Shown here piece by piece: positions 1-12,342 of a stretch of 64,000 nt of DNA. The translations under genes were made by a program, and so were the position numbers. This DNA is from Asterias rubens (taxonomy: Eukaryota). The stretch is taken from NCBI RefSeq assembly GCF_902459465.1, contig NC_047062.1:23188001-23252000 (forward strand), written 5' to 3'. The notes under the pieces are model-generated. The model did not search any database. It was not told the origin of the DNA and saw nothing but the letters and a program-made list of their open reading frames with translations. Numbering within the stretch: position 1 is the first letter of the stretch; each line of letters opens with the position of its first letter.

Positions 1-265
1 TGCAAATGGTGTAATTTGAGTAGGCCTAGGGCCCCTTGCCTAAAGGTTCATAAGAGGTTTTTCATTGGCAAATTCTTTTCACCGGGCGGACAAATCTGTG
101 CGATTCTGTTTTTTTATAATCGGTTTACCTCTAAGATGACGGCGATGATGTATAAAGGACTATAGTTTAAAATTTCATGTACTTCTGTATGAAATTCAAG
201 TAATGAGTATTTTATGATAGCTAACAATAAGGTTGGTAAAAATATTAGTTCATACCAGTGCCAAA

Positions 266-365
266 AGTAGGATTTGAAACTTTGCATGGTGGAAATACAT
301 TATGGAAAGGTTTGCGGTAACACCATGTAATCACTATCTCTAATGAGTTGGGGTGGTTCTGAACT
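266..365. mobile_element. Fragment of dispersed repeat family (Penelope-like pLTR remnant, inferred)
   Basis: Shares atggaaaggtttgcggtaacaccatgtaat..tatctctaatgagttggggtggttctgaa with 31518-31590 and, reverse-complemented, with 4096-4185. Its gaaactttgcatggtg head resembles 63005-63030. Confidence 0.6.
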
Positions 366-1442
366 TAACTATGCCTAATAAAACGACCATGCAATTCCAG
401 ACAAGTCATAACCCGTTTTTCTGTCGTTTTATTAACTCAACCAGCCAGCCCAATGTTTATGAAATTTTTAAATGATTTTATGCACTTATTGAAAACTAGG
501 CAATCAATTTACTCCCTTTTTAAACAATTTATTATACTTCCTTTTTGGACTCCCTTTGACATGAGAGTTTCTATCCCTGTAATCGTACCATACAATATAA
601 AGTAAAGATATGAACCTTTCTCATGACATTTGGTTTTCTTTCTTTTTAACGGATACATTATTTTCTTTTACAAAAAGCATGTACATAAGTAGATTGTTGT
701 CTTTGTACAACTTTTTGTTTCGTTTCAACTTTCACTTGATCGATTTTCTTCTTTTTTAACAACAATACATTAATAATAATGACAAGTTTTCAATAATTCC
801 AATGGGAGACTAAAGTTTTGAACAAGAAAAAACAACTGTTCATTTAACAAAATCACCCGATCAAGAATGTTCAATCATTCTCAAATGGAACTTTTTTTTT
901 AAATGGTCACTTCTTTCTTGACGTCATCCAAAGCGGAGCAGGAACCAGCGGCCGGCCTCAACGATTACCAAATAGTACCGTAGTGAATGTACAATCATGT
1001 AAAAGATGAATATTCGCTAATTAATCTGATCGTGTGTATTTTGTCTGCTTAACTTTGTGTCTATTTTCAGCTTAAAACGTTCATTTTGTCCAAAATAATG
1101 TAATTGGCTTGTTATAAGAATACACCTAACTGGAAATATAATAGCACAGTCAAGTTTCCTACGCTGGTGTCCATTTATTAGTATGCCTATCATGCAGAAT
1201 ACACGGAACCTGTTAATAGTCGCCGTGACATCAACTGACCTCTGAGTCATCCACCCTCTGCGCGTTTCCCCTCAAACGTGGCATAGTGTACGCGTACACA
1301 GTGTGTATTAAATCCCTATCCGTATACACAGTGCAGTTGTGTAAATGACAGGAAGAAGGTGCACTAAAGTAAGGGGATCTCACCTAAAATCAGGCGCTGG
1401 AATGACAATTTTTACATCTGGCGAGTCGACCTAAACGTAAAG

Positions 1443-4400
1443 ATGGGTTTATGTAAATGTCCCAAGAGAAAGGTCACCAACTTGTTTTGTTTTGAACACC
1501 GTGTGAATGTGTGTGAGCACTGTTTAGTTGCAAATCATCCGAAGGCAAGTATTAAATAATTATGTGCAGTAATTTAGTGAAGTGACTTCACTAGTTTTAT
1601 AATTAATTGTATTTTTCAATGTAGTCAGTTTTATTTTCTAAACAACTGTCACATCTGTGTTGTCATCAAGTACTCTGATTTAGAAGAACAGGACAAATTC
1701 CGAAAACAATGTTATGCCCCCGCCGAACATCCCTCGTTGGAACAAGTTTGGAGTTTGTTAATAAAAACATATCTTTTATAATTTAAAAAAAACTAACCCG
1801 TTCTGTTCACAGGTTGGTAGGGTAATGTTGTTTGGGTAGGGTAGGGTAATGTTGTTTGTGCGCATTCCTCAACATAATTACACTAGGGCTAGGCATTCAT
1901 CACTTCCATATATAGCACAAAAATCTGGCACTTGTCCTGCAAGCAAAGAATGGTGATCGCAAGCACAGAGTTCGGCGTTGCAGAGCCATGAAATTATAGT
2001 TGCGATGATCGTAAAGGCCGGTTTATATTCGGTCGCGTGACGGAAATCTTGCACGCAATCCGGAGACTGAGGCCTAAACACTGTGTCTTTTTATGATCGC
2101 GCGTCAAGATTTCCGACGCCCGACCATCGCGCGACCGACTATAACTCAGCCTTAACCCTCAATCCTCTGTGAGTGTGACCCTCATTCATGAGGATGGAGG
2201 GTTACGATCATCGCAACTATCCTCCCTAGTTAGGGTAGTGCTTATTTATAAATGTACATATGTAATCGATTTTGTTACCTTTAACTCTACAGCTAAAGCG
2301 ATTGAGCCCAGTGCTTGTCTTGCACAATTAATACCCAGCCGTCGATTTCACCAAACTCTTCCTAACTTAAGACTAATCTTAGGACTTAGGACGAGTCCTA
2401 ACCCTGCACTGTAGCATGCAGACCTTAAGATTAATCCTAAGTTAGGACGAGTTACTTGTCCTAACTTAGGATAAGACGAGTCCTAACTCTTTGTGAAATC
2501 GACGGCAGGAACTAAGTTTGGGTTTGTGGAGTGTTCTCAAATACTTCCCCAGTCTGCTAGTTCTACATATGAGGTTGATTGTCTCCACGATAGCTGAAGG
2601 AACCTCATATAGTTCTAGGAGTAGACGATCCCTTATCGGACTACTGTATTTTAATACTTGTGCAGGCCTATTGTTAACTGCATTGAATGTTTTAACTCCA
2701 TCTTACTTTTAAAAAACTGATTGATCAGTGATGGATCAATCAGAACAGTGATAGTCATGATCAGATGATGTGTGACATTACTGGAGAATGGTCTCTGACC
2801 AGAGGATTATAATCGTAGCAAAGCACTGCTACTGACTGTAATGGTGTTGTCATAAAATAGCAGGCGTCTTCTCTACCATTTCTCAAAACACACTGTGATG
2901 CACAACCTCTCAAATACAAGGATACCATCTTAAAAGCCAAGTGAGAATAAGTGACCCAACATTGATTCATGTGATGTTTCCAACAAGGGGTAGTAGGGTG
3001 GGTTGTTATTTAGTACACATGTGATTTCTCAAAAGCAGCTTCTAATTTAGTAATATTTAGATTTTGTCTTTTTCTTTGCAGTGTATAGTCAAGTCATATT
3101 TGCAATGGCTTCAAGATAGTGACTATGATATCAGATGCAGTTTGTGCCACAGTGAACTCGCAGATGGAGATGTAGTTAGGTTATTATGTTATGGTAAGAA
3201 CTAGGAAACACACAGCTTCAATCTGCACACAAATTTTGATGCAAAAGCTTTGACATTGGTCCTACATCAACTCATGAACTCTGTATGTTTTTAGGTTTAA
3301 TGTTTCAGTAAAGTTCTGCTTCTTGGTAACACTCGTTGCATTGAGTAGACCAATCATTTGAAAGTGAAACCATTCAGTTGCACAGGATGTGTATGGTGGC
3401 ACAACTGTGCACATAATATTACTCTTTAGTTTGTAGATGCATTCACCACATAAAATAATATCATCATATTACAGGCCTGCATAGATCTGCTCTGTAGTAC
3501 TAACAATAGTCTATTTCTAAACTATGTGGATGCTTTTGAATGGTCAGGCTGTGAAGGGTTAAAGCACAAACTACTTCAATGTGTTCTGTCAAGGATCTAT
3601 TCATTATTCATCAAAGTAGGCCTATTTCTAGTCCACCTTGTTGGTTGGGCTGTTATGGCTCTCTTTTAACATCGGTCTTGTCATTGTCGCCATTACAAGA
3701 CCTATATGTTAAAAGACGGCCATAACAGCCCAACCAGGTGGACTAGCCTATTGTATTTCACTGCATGGATGCATGTTATCCTCAATACAAAAATATTTTG
3801 ACTCTGATAAGATTGGTTTGACTTGCCCAGTGCTCTAAGACCGGATAGCTTGCGCAGGGACCATATTATATCAATCAAGTAAAGCAGTTATTTTCGTGCA
3901 ATGTATGTTTGAGAACGTGGGATGTTAATGGACAGTGAATAAATATTACCTCTGTCAGATAAACATACCCACATCTAGCCCTGTATAGGACTCTTCCTCT
4001 GTGCTGTACACAGATACATAGCATAATATGGAAGTGAAAGGCTGCCAGAGCTAAACCACATCTAGCTCATTAACTGCAGTGTTCATGGTTCTTTTCAGAA
4101 CCCCCCTAACTCATAGTCATTACATGGTGTTACCCCAAACCTTTCCATATCGTATTTACACCATGCAAAGTTTCTAATCCTACTTACATTTTACATGTTT
4201 GGTAACTTTCCACAGATGTATTTCATTGGTCATGCTTGGACGAGTATGCAAGACAGCTTCCCCCACACACAGCTCCAGCAGGCTACACCTGCCCCTCCTG
4301 TAATGTTGGTATCTTCCCCCCTGGTAACATGGTATCACCCGTCGCTGAGGTTCTCCGAGAGTCCCTGTCCAGAGTCAACTGGGCGAGGGCAGGCTTGGGG

Positions 4401-6766
4401 CTTTCCCTTGTAAGTTCATGTATTCATAATAATGTTTTAATACCCTTGTATTTTTGTGGTGGGGGGGTTCAGTGTGGAGCAAGAATTCACAAAAGGTGCA
4501 CAGATTGTTCTCTTACATCGTTGACATGTAAATGAAGGATAAGGCTGGCACACAAGGCAATTAACAGGCAACCAATGCAAGACAATCTTCAAGAAGGAAA
4601 TACATTCACATTTCAGTTTTCTCATCATTTACTACGGAATAGTAACTTACAGCTAAAAGATTGTCTCTTGTGCATGCATTACAGTTGGTTGCCTCAAAGT
4701 TGTTTGTAAAAATTGCCATGTGTAGCATGGATGTCCCTTAGGAAATCATAATCAGCCATTGTACAGCAAACAAGCAGCAACAAGAAATTAACTAGTGTTT
4801 TTAAAAACAAAACATGTATATTAGCAACAACATAAGTTCGTCAAAAGAGAATTTGAAGATAAGTTTTTAACATCTTTTTTATTAAGTATGAAAGGGGGCA
4901 GTTCAATGACAAGTAAAGACAGTGCAGAGCTATGATTCTGATAAACGGCTTAATGCTTTCCATTTACAGATAGACGAGCCACACCAGCCATCACAGAGGT
5001 TGCAAATCGACGAACCTGAAGAAGAATTGTACAAAACACCACAGAGCAGCATGACCGAACCAGCTCTGAAGCCGAGTACAGAGATAGACAGTGCTGTATA
5101 CAGGCCTGTGGAAAGCACAGTATTACAAGCCAGAACAACAAGTAGCAGTGTGAATATAGATAGTAAAACGCCACTACTAACACCAGAGACATTATCAAGT
5201 GGTGAGTGATTTCATTTTCAAGTCTGGAAGATTTGGGGGGTTTGAAGTTCAAGTAGAAGTGATGTTGTAAAAGTTAGCATGTTGTACCCTCTTTAATCCA
5301 ATAAATTATTGTGGAGAAATGATCCAATTCAAACTAGGGAGATCACATTTTTTTCAGGAAAACAAATTATAACAAGTTTCCTTATATCCCACCTTATATT
5401 GTAATTGTTCAGTCATAGTTTTTATCTAAAAGTTGAGAACACTGGAAGCAGGGAATGAAAATCTTGGGTTGAATCTTTTCTTAAAAGGTTAACGAGCTTA
5501 TAGAATTAATGAGCTAACAAAATAACAAACATAAACAAATAATTTGGGTATTGTTTTTCCTTTGCTGATTGAAAAGCTTATTATATTGTAAGATTAAAAG
5601 AGCTTTGAAAAACTTATTTGACGACTTTTAAAAAAGAAGTTAAACCTTGTATTTTGATCCCAACTAGGTCAATTACCAGCAGCTCACAAGAGACAAGGTG
5701 GTAGCAAAGATGATGAAATTGTAGATATTATACAAGACCACGATGTGGACAAATACAAGAGACGAAGCGCCCTCAATTGGTTTGCAAGATGGTTCAAGTA
5801 AGTTGATCTCTCTCTCTCTTTATTTATCTCTATGTTTTGAAAACAATGACATACATGTATTTCAAATCTATTTACCCTAACTGCATCTGCTGTGACAGGA
5901 AACTGATAAAAAGTATTCCACTCTGTGGTTGCTCAACATACAAATGTTTGCACTCGGTTTGAAGGCACTGGACACTTTTGTTAGCTACTCAAAATATTAG
6001 CGTAACAAATTACTTGGTAACAAGTTTGGAGAGCTGGGGATAGTATAAAACTTTGTGAGAAACGGCTCCCTCTGAAGTAACATAGTTTTTGAGCAAGAGG
6101 TAATTTCTCTCTAAAATATTTGACTTTGAGAAAGGCATCTGAAAGCATACAAATTTGTGCAAAAGGGTATGTTTTCTTTCGTTATTTTTCTTTCGAGAAA
6201 GAAGTAATTTTCCACGAATTTGATTTCGAGACCTCAGAATTAGTTTTTGAGGTCCCAAAAATCAAGCATCTAAAAAGCACACAATTTCGTGTGACAATGG
6301 TGTTTTTTTCTTCCATCATTATCTCGCAACTTCGATGACCAATTAAGCCCAAACTTTGACAGATTTACTATTTTATGCATACGTTGGGATACACTAAGTG
6401 AGAATACTGGTCTTTGACAGTTACCAAAAGTGTCCAGTGCCTTTAATGCAATTGTGTTATGTGAAACTATGAGCATATTTTCGTGAAATTAAGGAACTTT
6501 TTTTTGATTCCCTGGGTTGTTATTAAATTGTTTTCAGATCAAGGTCAGGAAAGTCTACCACAGATGCCAGTACACCAATGCGACGCTACGCTATCCTCCT
6601 CATCCTTGGAGTCATTGCCTTCTTCACCATCGTAGTCATCTTGACCCAGGCTGGCCGAGCCGCCTCCAACTCAGACCCCTTCCTTGATCCCATGGCCAAC
6701 CCAAACATCAGAGTAGGCAGGAAAATCCTGGAGCTGGGATCACATCTGAGTTTGGATCTAGTCTGA
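1443..6766 (+). CDS. ZFPL1: Zinc finger protein-like 1; 6 coding exons: 1443-1544, 3082-3193, 4216-4409, 4970-5201, 5668-5797, 6538-6766
   Basis: The translation [34 protein letters not shown]|[15 protein letters not shown]...[27 protein letters not shown]...VNWARAGLG...DKYKRR...TM segment...[16 protein letters not shown] matches the ZFPL1 family as I recall it (B-box-like/RING-like N-terminus, C-terminal TM). Exon phases are consistent (0,1,0,1,2) and all acceptors are AG. The first donor is GC, the rest GT. Confidence 0.95.
2338..2506. mobile_element. MITE with 14-bp TIR and internal cctaacttag/ttaggacgag repeats
   Basis: gccgtcgatttcac (2338) and gtgaaatcgacggc (2506) are perfect inverted termini; lies in ZFPL1 intron 1. 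Confidence 0.65.
3620..3750. mobile_element. Palindromic MITE; related copy at ~40670-40912
   Basis: ctagtccacc..gttgggctgttatggctctcttttaacat ... atgttaaaagacggccataacagcccaacc..ggtggactag. The core gggctgttatggctctcttttaaca recurs at 40687. Confidence 0.6.
4096..4185. mobile_element. Reverse-orientation fragment of the 266-365 / 31518-31735 repeat family
   Basis: cagaaccccc..aactcat..tcattacatggtgttacc..aaacctttccatatc..accatgcaaagtttc is the reverse complement of the 266-365 sequence. Confidence 0.6.
5959..6446. mobile_element. TTAA-flanked MITE family A (T2/Kolobok-like)
   Basis: Termini (t)aaggcactggacac ... gtgtccagtgcctttaa. Internal motifs (gagacctcagaatt, cttcagagggagcc, gagaatactggtctttgaca) are shared with six other copies in the window. 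Confidence 0.75.
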
Positions 6767-8162
6767 TGAAATCTTAACTATTTATTCATAGACATGGTGA
6801 ACAAATTTAATAGACTCCTTGCATAATGCGCGCGCTGAGCTCACATGCACGTTTTTACGCATAAAGAACAGCTATCATAAAATAACTTTCCTGTTTGACC
6901 ACAGTGAGGGCACTTTTTGACCCCAGTGAGGGCACTTTTTGACCCAAGTAAGGGTGCTTTTTGAGCGTGTGAAGTCAGATGCAAGAGGTCTATTTGACAT
7001 TCACTGGAAGTAACTGGGCGTTCTCAATCAAGGGGGGGTGTAGAGTAATTATTTGTATGGGTACTTTACAAAGAGAAACGGTTTACAAGAAGTGTTGAGG
7101 CATACACAAATACTGGTACACCTGTAATTGTATTAGTTGATGTAATAGAACCATCAATTTGTGCATTTTCCAATATTCCAGTCTTTATTAGTTGAAAAGT
7201 GTATGCACAAAAGATGTTTTACATGCAAAGAAACCTAAACTCATTTTTATATAGTCATTATTCAATTTTAAATAATTTTCCAACTAGATATAATGAGGAT
7301 GAATTTTCCCTTGTCTCATTTCATAGGGAGTGAGGTTGTGGAATAGGGTTCTTTTCCTTAATTTTATTTGTATTTAGGATTTTGCAAAAAAGTAAGTTAA
7401 AACAAGTATTCTTGGCTGAAAATTGCAAAAGAAACATTTTATAGGATAATAGTTTTTGTTTTCATAACAGCATTCCCTTTATGAAAAAGATTACACAATG
7501 TTAAGTTTTTGATGATAACTTTGACTTCTAATGTTTTAAGCGCTTTGAGACACACTACAGTGTGTAAAGCGCTTCATAAAAGTTGATTATTATTTTTTGT
7601 TATTTACTAGTTGAGCTGTTTTATTCTTGTTGATGAAGTTGTGACTTCAGAACCGACCAACAGTAATTATATGCAAGTCGTGATCCCATCTGCTTTTGCC
7701 CCAATCGTTAAACAAATAGTACTAATAATCAAATATTGCCCAAAATAGTTGTAAGCATCCATGTTTGCCTGAATCTTCTTGCATAATTTATCATCTTTCA
7801 CTTAATAAAAGTTTTGTTTTCCACACTTCAACTTATTTTATATCCTCTGAAATGTGAAGGTTGCCATCTTGGCCCCTTAACCATTTTAACTTAAATCAAC
7901 TGTACAATCAAAAGTGAATGTTTGGGGTTGTTGGTATATATATCGTTGTACATAATAATATGAAACATAGAACCATTTACTTGTAAATAAATAACGAAAT
8001 GTACAAAAGATTTCTCATCAATTGTTTTTATTTCTTTTTACACCTTGGTTATGTACTGATCTTCATAATTGCATTAGTTTCCTTTTTTTTTTTTTTTTTT
8101 TAACTCTTCCAGAAAAAGAACATGTCGAGGGAAAGAGCAACAATGAATTCTCAAATAAATTC

Positions 8163-9748
8163 TCAGGTCAAAATTGTGGATTGTGTCTGAATGACTAAGG
8201 TACACATTGACTCGGGGGAAACTTTCACTTTCATTTGACCTGCAGAAAATAGTGTTGCCTGAGGAAGTCATCTGTAATATATAGAGGGCGCTATCCCTGC
8301 TACTCTGTGAAGTTTCTGTACTCTTCTCGTCGGAACTGAATGAAGGAAGCCTCGATTGCAACTCGCACGAAACATACCAGGAAATTCAACACTGGTGACA
8401 GAGATTAGAGAACATTTATGTTTGGAAAATTTACAATGATACTATAAAACCACTATTACACACACCTCCTAGCCCATAAAAGAATTCCGCAAAATACTCA
8501 ACTAATTGAACTTTCCTTCTTTTTTTTAAGAACTGAAAGGAAAGAAGAAATATAAATACGTAATAAATGCGGAGTTTGTTTTCTTACCGATTGACATCCA
8601 TTCCAAGCGGGCGTTCTGCCAGAGCTTGCCTGCTTGGGTGATGTATACAAAGCCAAGTAGTGCCATGTAAAACGATATTATGTGCATAACCTATGATACA
8701 AAAAATAAAGAAGTCAAACTAGATTAAGCATGTAAAGGCTTAGCCTTGGCCACACCCACGGATTTTTTATTGTGACAAAAGGGGCAGAGTAAAAATTTAT
8801 AGTGGTTGCGGGTAAGGTACTTTTGAAACTTCACCAGCCCGGCTGTAAATTCATGAATGAAAAAGAAACAAAATTGTCCACTACCCATGCCACAGCATCA
8901 TACCTCATTCGGTACATTAGTGGTCCATGGCGCTGACAATGTGTCATTGTTTAGACCATAAACGCACCTCATCCATTCGATCCTCGGCTAACGTAAAAAG
9001 TGTTTGCATATTTGTTTTTTAATAACAAACTTTCACAACTCAACACTTGTCTCCCCCTCCCCTCCCACAATAATTTAAAGGAACACGTTGCCTTGGATCG
9101 GACGAGTTGGTCTTTGAAAAGTGTTTGAAACCGTTGCTATGAAATGCATATGGTTAGATAGATATTTTAAAAGTAGAATATAATGATTCACACAAGTATC
9201 ACTCGAAATTGCGTGGTTTTCTTTTTACCCCGTCGACTAACACGGTCGGCCATTTGTGGGAGTCAAATTTTTGACTCCCATAAATGGCCGACCGTGTTAG
9301 TTCGTAAAGTAAAAGGAAAACCACGCAATTTCGAGGCAAAATTGTGTGGATCATTGTATTCTACTTTTAAAACATATTTCTAACCATATGCATTTTATAA
9401 CAAAGACCAACTCGACCGATCCAAGGCAACGTGTTCCTTTAAAGCACATGGAGAATAATGAGTGTAGCCCTTATTAGGACACCCTTCTTGCCGTTGGCTT
9501 TGGTAACAGAAGTAAAACTACGACGAAAAGAGACGTCTAACTACCGGGCTGCTACACCTGTGAGATTTTCTTACCAGCACAGACTCGCTGAGATTCTGAG
9601 TTGAGCGGTGGGTGTTTTGGGTGATGGTGTAGGCGACGAGATCGTTGAGGATGGTCGCAATGAGAAACACGGCAAGAAGAATCGACACCTGAACGAGCAG
9701 TTCCTTCTTCGTGGTCTTCTTGAGGGCTGACCACCATTTGTATGCCAT
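8163..9748 (-). CDS. Predicted 117-aa orphan two-TM membrane protein; exons (minus) 9748-9575, 8690-8588, 8239-8163
   Basis: MAYKWWSALKKTTKKELLVQVSILLAVFLIATILNDLVAYTITQNTHRSTQNLSESVL|VMHIISFYMALLGFVYITQAGKLWQNARLEWMSI|GQMKVKVSPESMCTLVIQTQSTILT*. Both donors are GTAAGA, acceptors are tcatag and ttttctgcag, phases 0 and 1 are consistent, and there are two hydrophobic segments. No family recognised. Confidence 0.55.
9075..9442. mobile_element. TTAA-flanked, near fully palindromic MITE family B
   Basis: TTAA-aggaacacgttgccttggatc ... gatccaaggcaacgtgttcct-TTAA; long internal inverted arms; second copy at 40130-40497. Confidence 0.85.
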
Positions 9749-11273
9749 CTTGCAGGCTTGTCCAACATCTGACTGTCGTTTTTTCCCCGCCGAAATATGG
9801 ATGTTGTCTGCTTACACGTGCACGATATGCCTGGTTAAAAACGCACTACACAGCGTAGGTCGACCTGACTAACGACTACAATATTTGTATACTAATCCAT
9901 GACGAACGGTTTTAACATGGCCTATAAATGTTCTACAAAGTTGAGTGTATCGTATCCAAGTAATAAAGCAGCATGAATCAATTCCTTTTCAAAAAATACA
10001 TGCACATTATGCCACAATATTTATACTTGTGTTGTCAGATGTCCTCAACGTCCGTCGCACATGCCAAATTACATTATGTAAAGAACAGTAAAAAGAATAT
10101 GCGCCAAGCTCAGCGCCCATTGGACAGATGTTTTGACCACGCGTCATTAACATTGGTTTGAGAATGTGCGCGCGTGATTTAACCTCAGTGAGGGGGGGGG
10201 GCAGGGTGGATTTGTGGGGGGGGGGGGAGGGTAAATTTGACCATTATATATTTGAATTCAAATAAACACAACATATCAGTCTCGATGTACATGAATTGAA
10301 TCACGTGAATGTTAATTATAATTCCATGATTGGATACTTCTAAGCACAGTATTCCAGTTCAAAATAACCATCATTTAAATTACCTTATGTCAAAAAAAAT
10401 CACATTGTTATATACAGTAAAATACCAGCGCTGTGCTCAGTTTCATAAAACTTATGTTAAAAGATGTGCCTATCAAATGTCCCTGCTTTATTAGACAAAA
10501 TTAGGCAGAGAACAAGTTTTTAAAAACATTTTATGGCTGGTAACTTTATAAATCTGTTATATCTGGGCCACTTGCAGTTTCGCTTGACAGTCTCGATGAA
10601 AGTGGACACTCCTAATAACAAATAGTTTGGCTTTGTCCTTTTTATATTTCACAAATTCACACATACTTATTTATATCACGAGATTTCCTTAAGTGCACTC
10701 TCCACATAAAACATTATTTTGTACAAAACTTCTTGCAGGGTTTGTATTTTCATAGTACGTTTCATAAAAATATCATCTTAAAGGTTTGGCTTTTATTGCA
10801 ATCTCAACGCTAGCAAAATGTGTTTTATTCGATATTTTCTTTATCAAACTATGATAAAAAAATAATCCCAAAAGAAAGAAAAAACACTTGTTTTCATCAT
10901 GATTAGGTGCCCCCCCCCCCCTCCCTTGTCATTTTCTTTTTATTTGTTAGGTCTTCTATGACTGCAAATTTCAGAAATATTCAGGTTCGGCCGATAAACC
11001 CTGGGCTCCCGTTTGGAACAAAACTGTTGCATTTCACTTTGTCAATAATGTGGTTGTAAATAAAAATTTGTTTTAGTAGTAAGTTGCAGGAGTGCCTGTG
11101 TATACAGCAGTGAGTAAAACTGTAACTGTCTGCCTCTTTTCTCGTTCGTTCTATGAAATGCATATAGGGCCAACAGCCTTATGCTATAGTGGGGTTGAAT
11201 TTGCGCCGGAATTTGAGCTCGGGCTGTCCGCTTTTGGCCGGCTCTTTCATGGGTGATCAAGTTATCTACATCA

Positions 11274-12342
11274 TCACGTCATCATAGTATACGCCATCGC
11301 AGCAGAAAGTTCCCTGTACCGCTCCTCCCTCTTACGGGCTATCTCATTCAAGGCCGGTGCGATGGCAGCATCCGGGGTGAGGTATCGAAGTGACATCGCC
11401 ATGTTGGTTAAACCGTGTCCAAGGAACTTGATAGCTCTCTTACCAGCCTGTGAATGAGAAAAAGTAAGGAATATTAAGGTTAATGTATTTACAATGTGTG
11501 TATATTATTTATAGTAGTCTGGACGGCTGGACAGGGAAGTCTATCATATGCTCTCATTAAGAAACCACTACAACATTATTTTATTGTTGTTCGATAATAG
11601 CGCGATGGGATTGGTCACACACCTCTAACATAGGCAGAACGTTGTATGCATATAGAGGACAGCAAAAAAGGAAGAAACACAAAGCAGAAATGAGACTTCT
11701 TTATCAAAAGATGACTGATTCTGACGTCATTAGTGGGGTAGATCTTACCTTTTTGATCTTCTTCTTCTTCGACTTTTTTTTCTTCTTGAGCTCTCCCTCG
11801 ACTTCAGTCTCTATAACCTCTATCTCTTCAGATATTACAACTCTTTTAATGCTTGGTCTTTTAGTCCTCACATTCCCATTCTGCGAAGTTTCCTCGTAGT
11901 CACTGTTGGAGAGAGTACCAGCAGTGCAGGGATCGCTTACTACGTCATCGCCTGATACCAGCTCAGCTTCTACCGTATCAATGAGGCACTCATATGAACC
12001 TTCTTTACGGGCCCTTTTCCCTGGATACAGGTCATCTTGGTTGACCTTGGACAACCCCAACCGACCCCGGGCCGATTGGAGCAGTTCCTTGGGGAGCTGT
12101 CGTTTGGACGCAGCAGCCAAGGTGCCGGCCTTCTCGTTGGTCGAGCATAATGGTGGTACATTTTGATCGCCGTCGCTCGAAATTTGTGGATTTGGGTCAA
12201 AGTCGGGATTTTGTAGGTCATCATTCAATGTCTTGTACTTACGATTGCGAAATGGGTTTAAATTTTTCAACTTTAGTCGTCTCTTCTTGTTGGAAGTCTC
12301 TGTCGTCGAGTTGTCTTTGATGAAATCTTTGAGAGTGACCAT
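11274..12342 (-). CDS. Predicted 255-aa orphan protein, disordered and Lys-rich; exons (minus) 12342-11749, 11447-11274
   Basis: A 198-codon open exon ends KKKKSKKKKIKK at AAG|GTAAGA. The acceptor ttctcattcacag leads in phase 0 into AGKRAIKFLGHGLTNMAMSLRYLTPDAAIAPALNEIARKREERYRELSAAMAYTMMT*. Start context aaaATGG. Composition is more GC-rich than the flanks. Confidence 0.65.

Noticed and set aside
1017-1250. 77-aa minus-strand ORF upstream of ZFPL1 as a divergent gene
   Set aside because: No recognisable homology and no convincing splice partner.
6010-6476. Short ORFs (e.g. [16 protein letters not shown]) recurring at 21501, 56679 and 61224
   Set aside because: Translations of MITE family A internal sequence; no transposase motifs.
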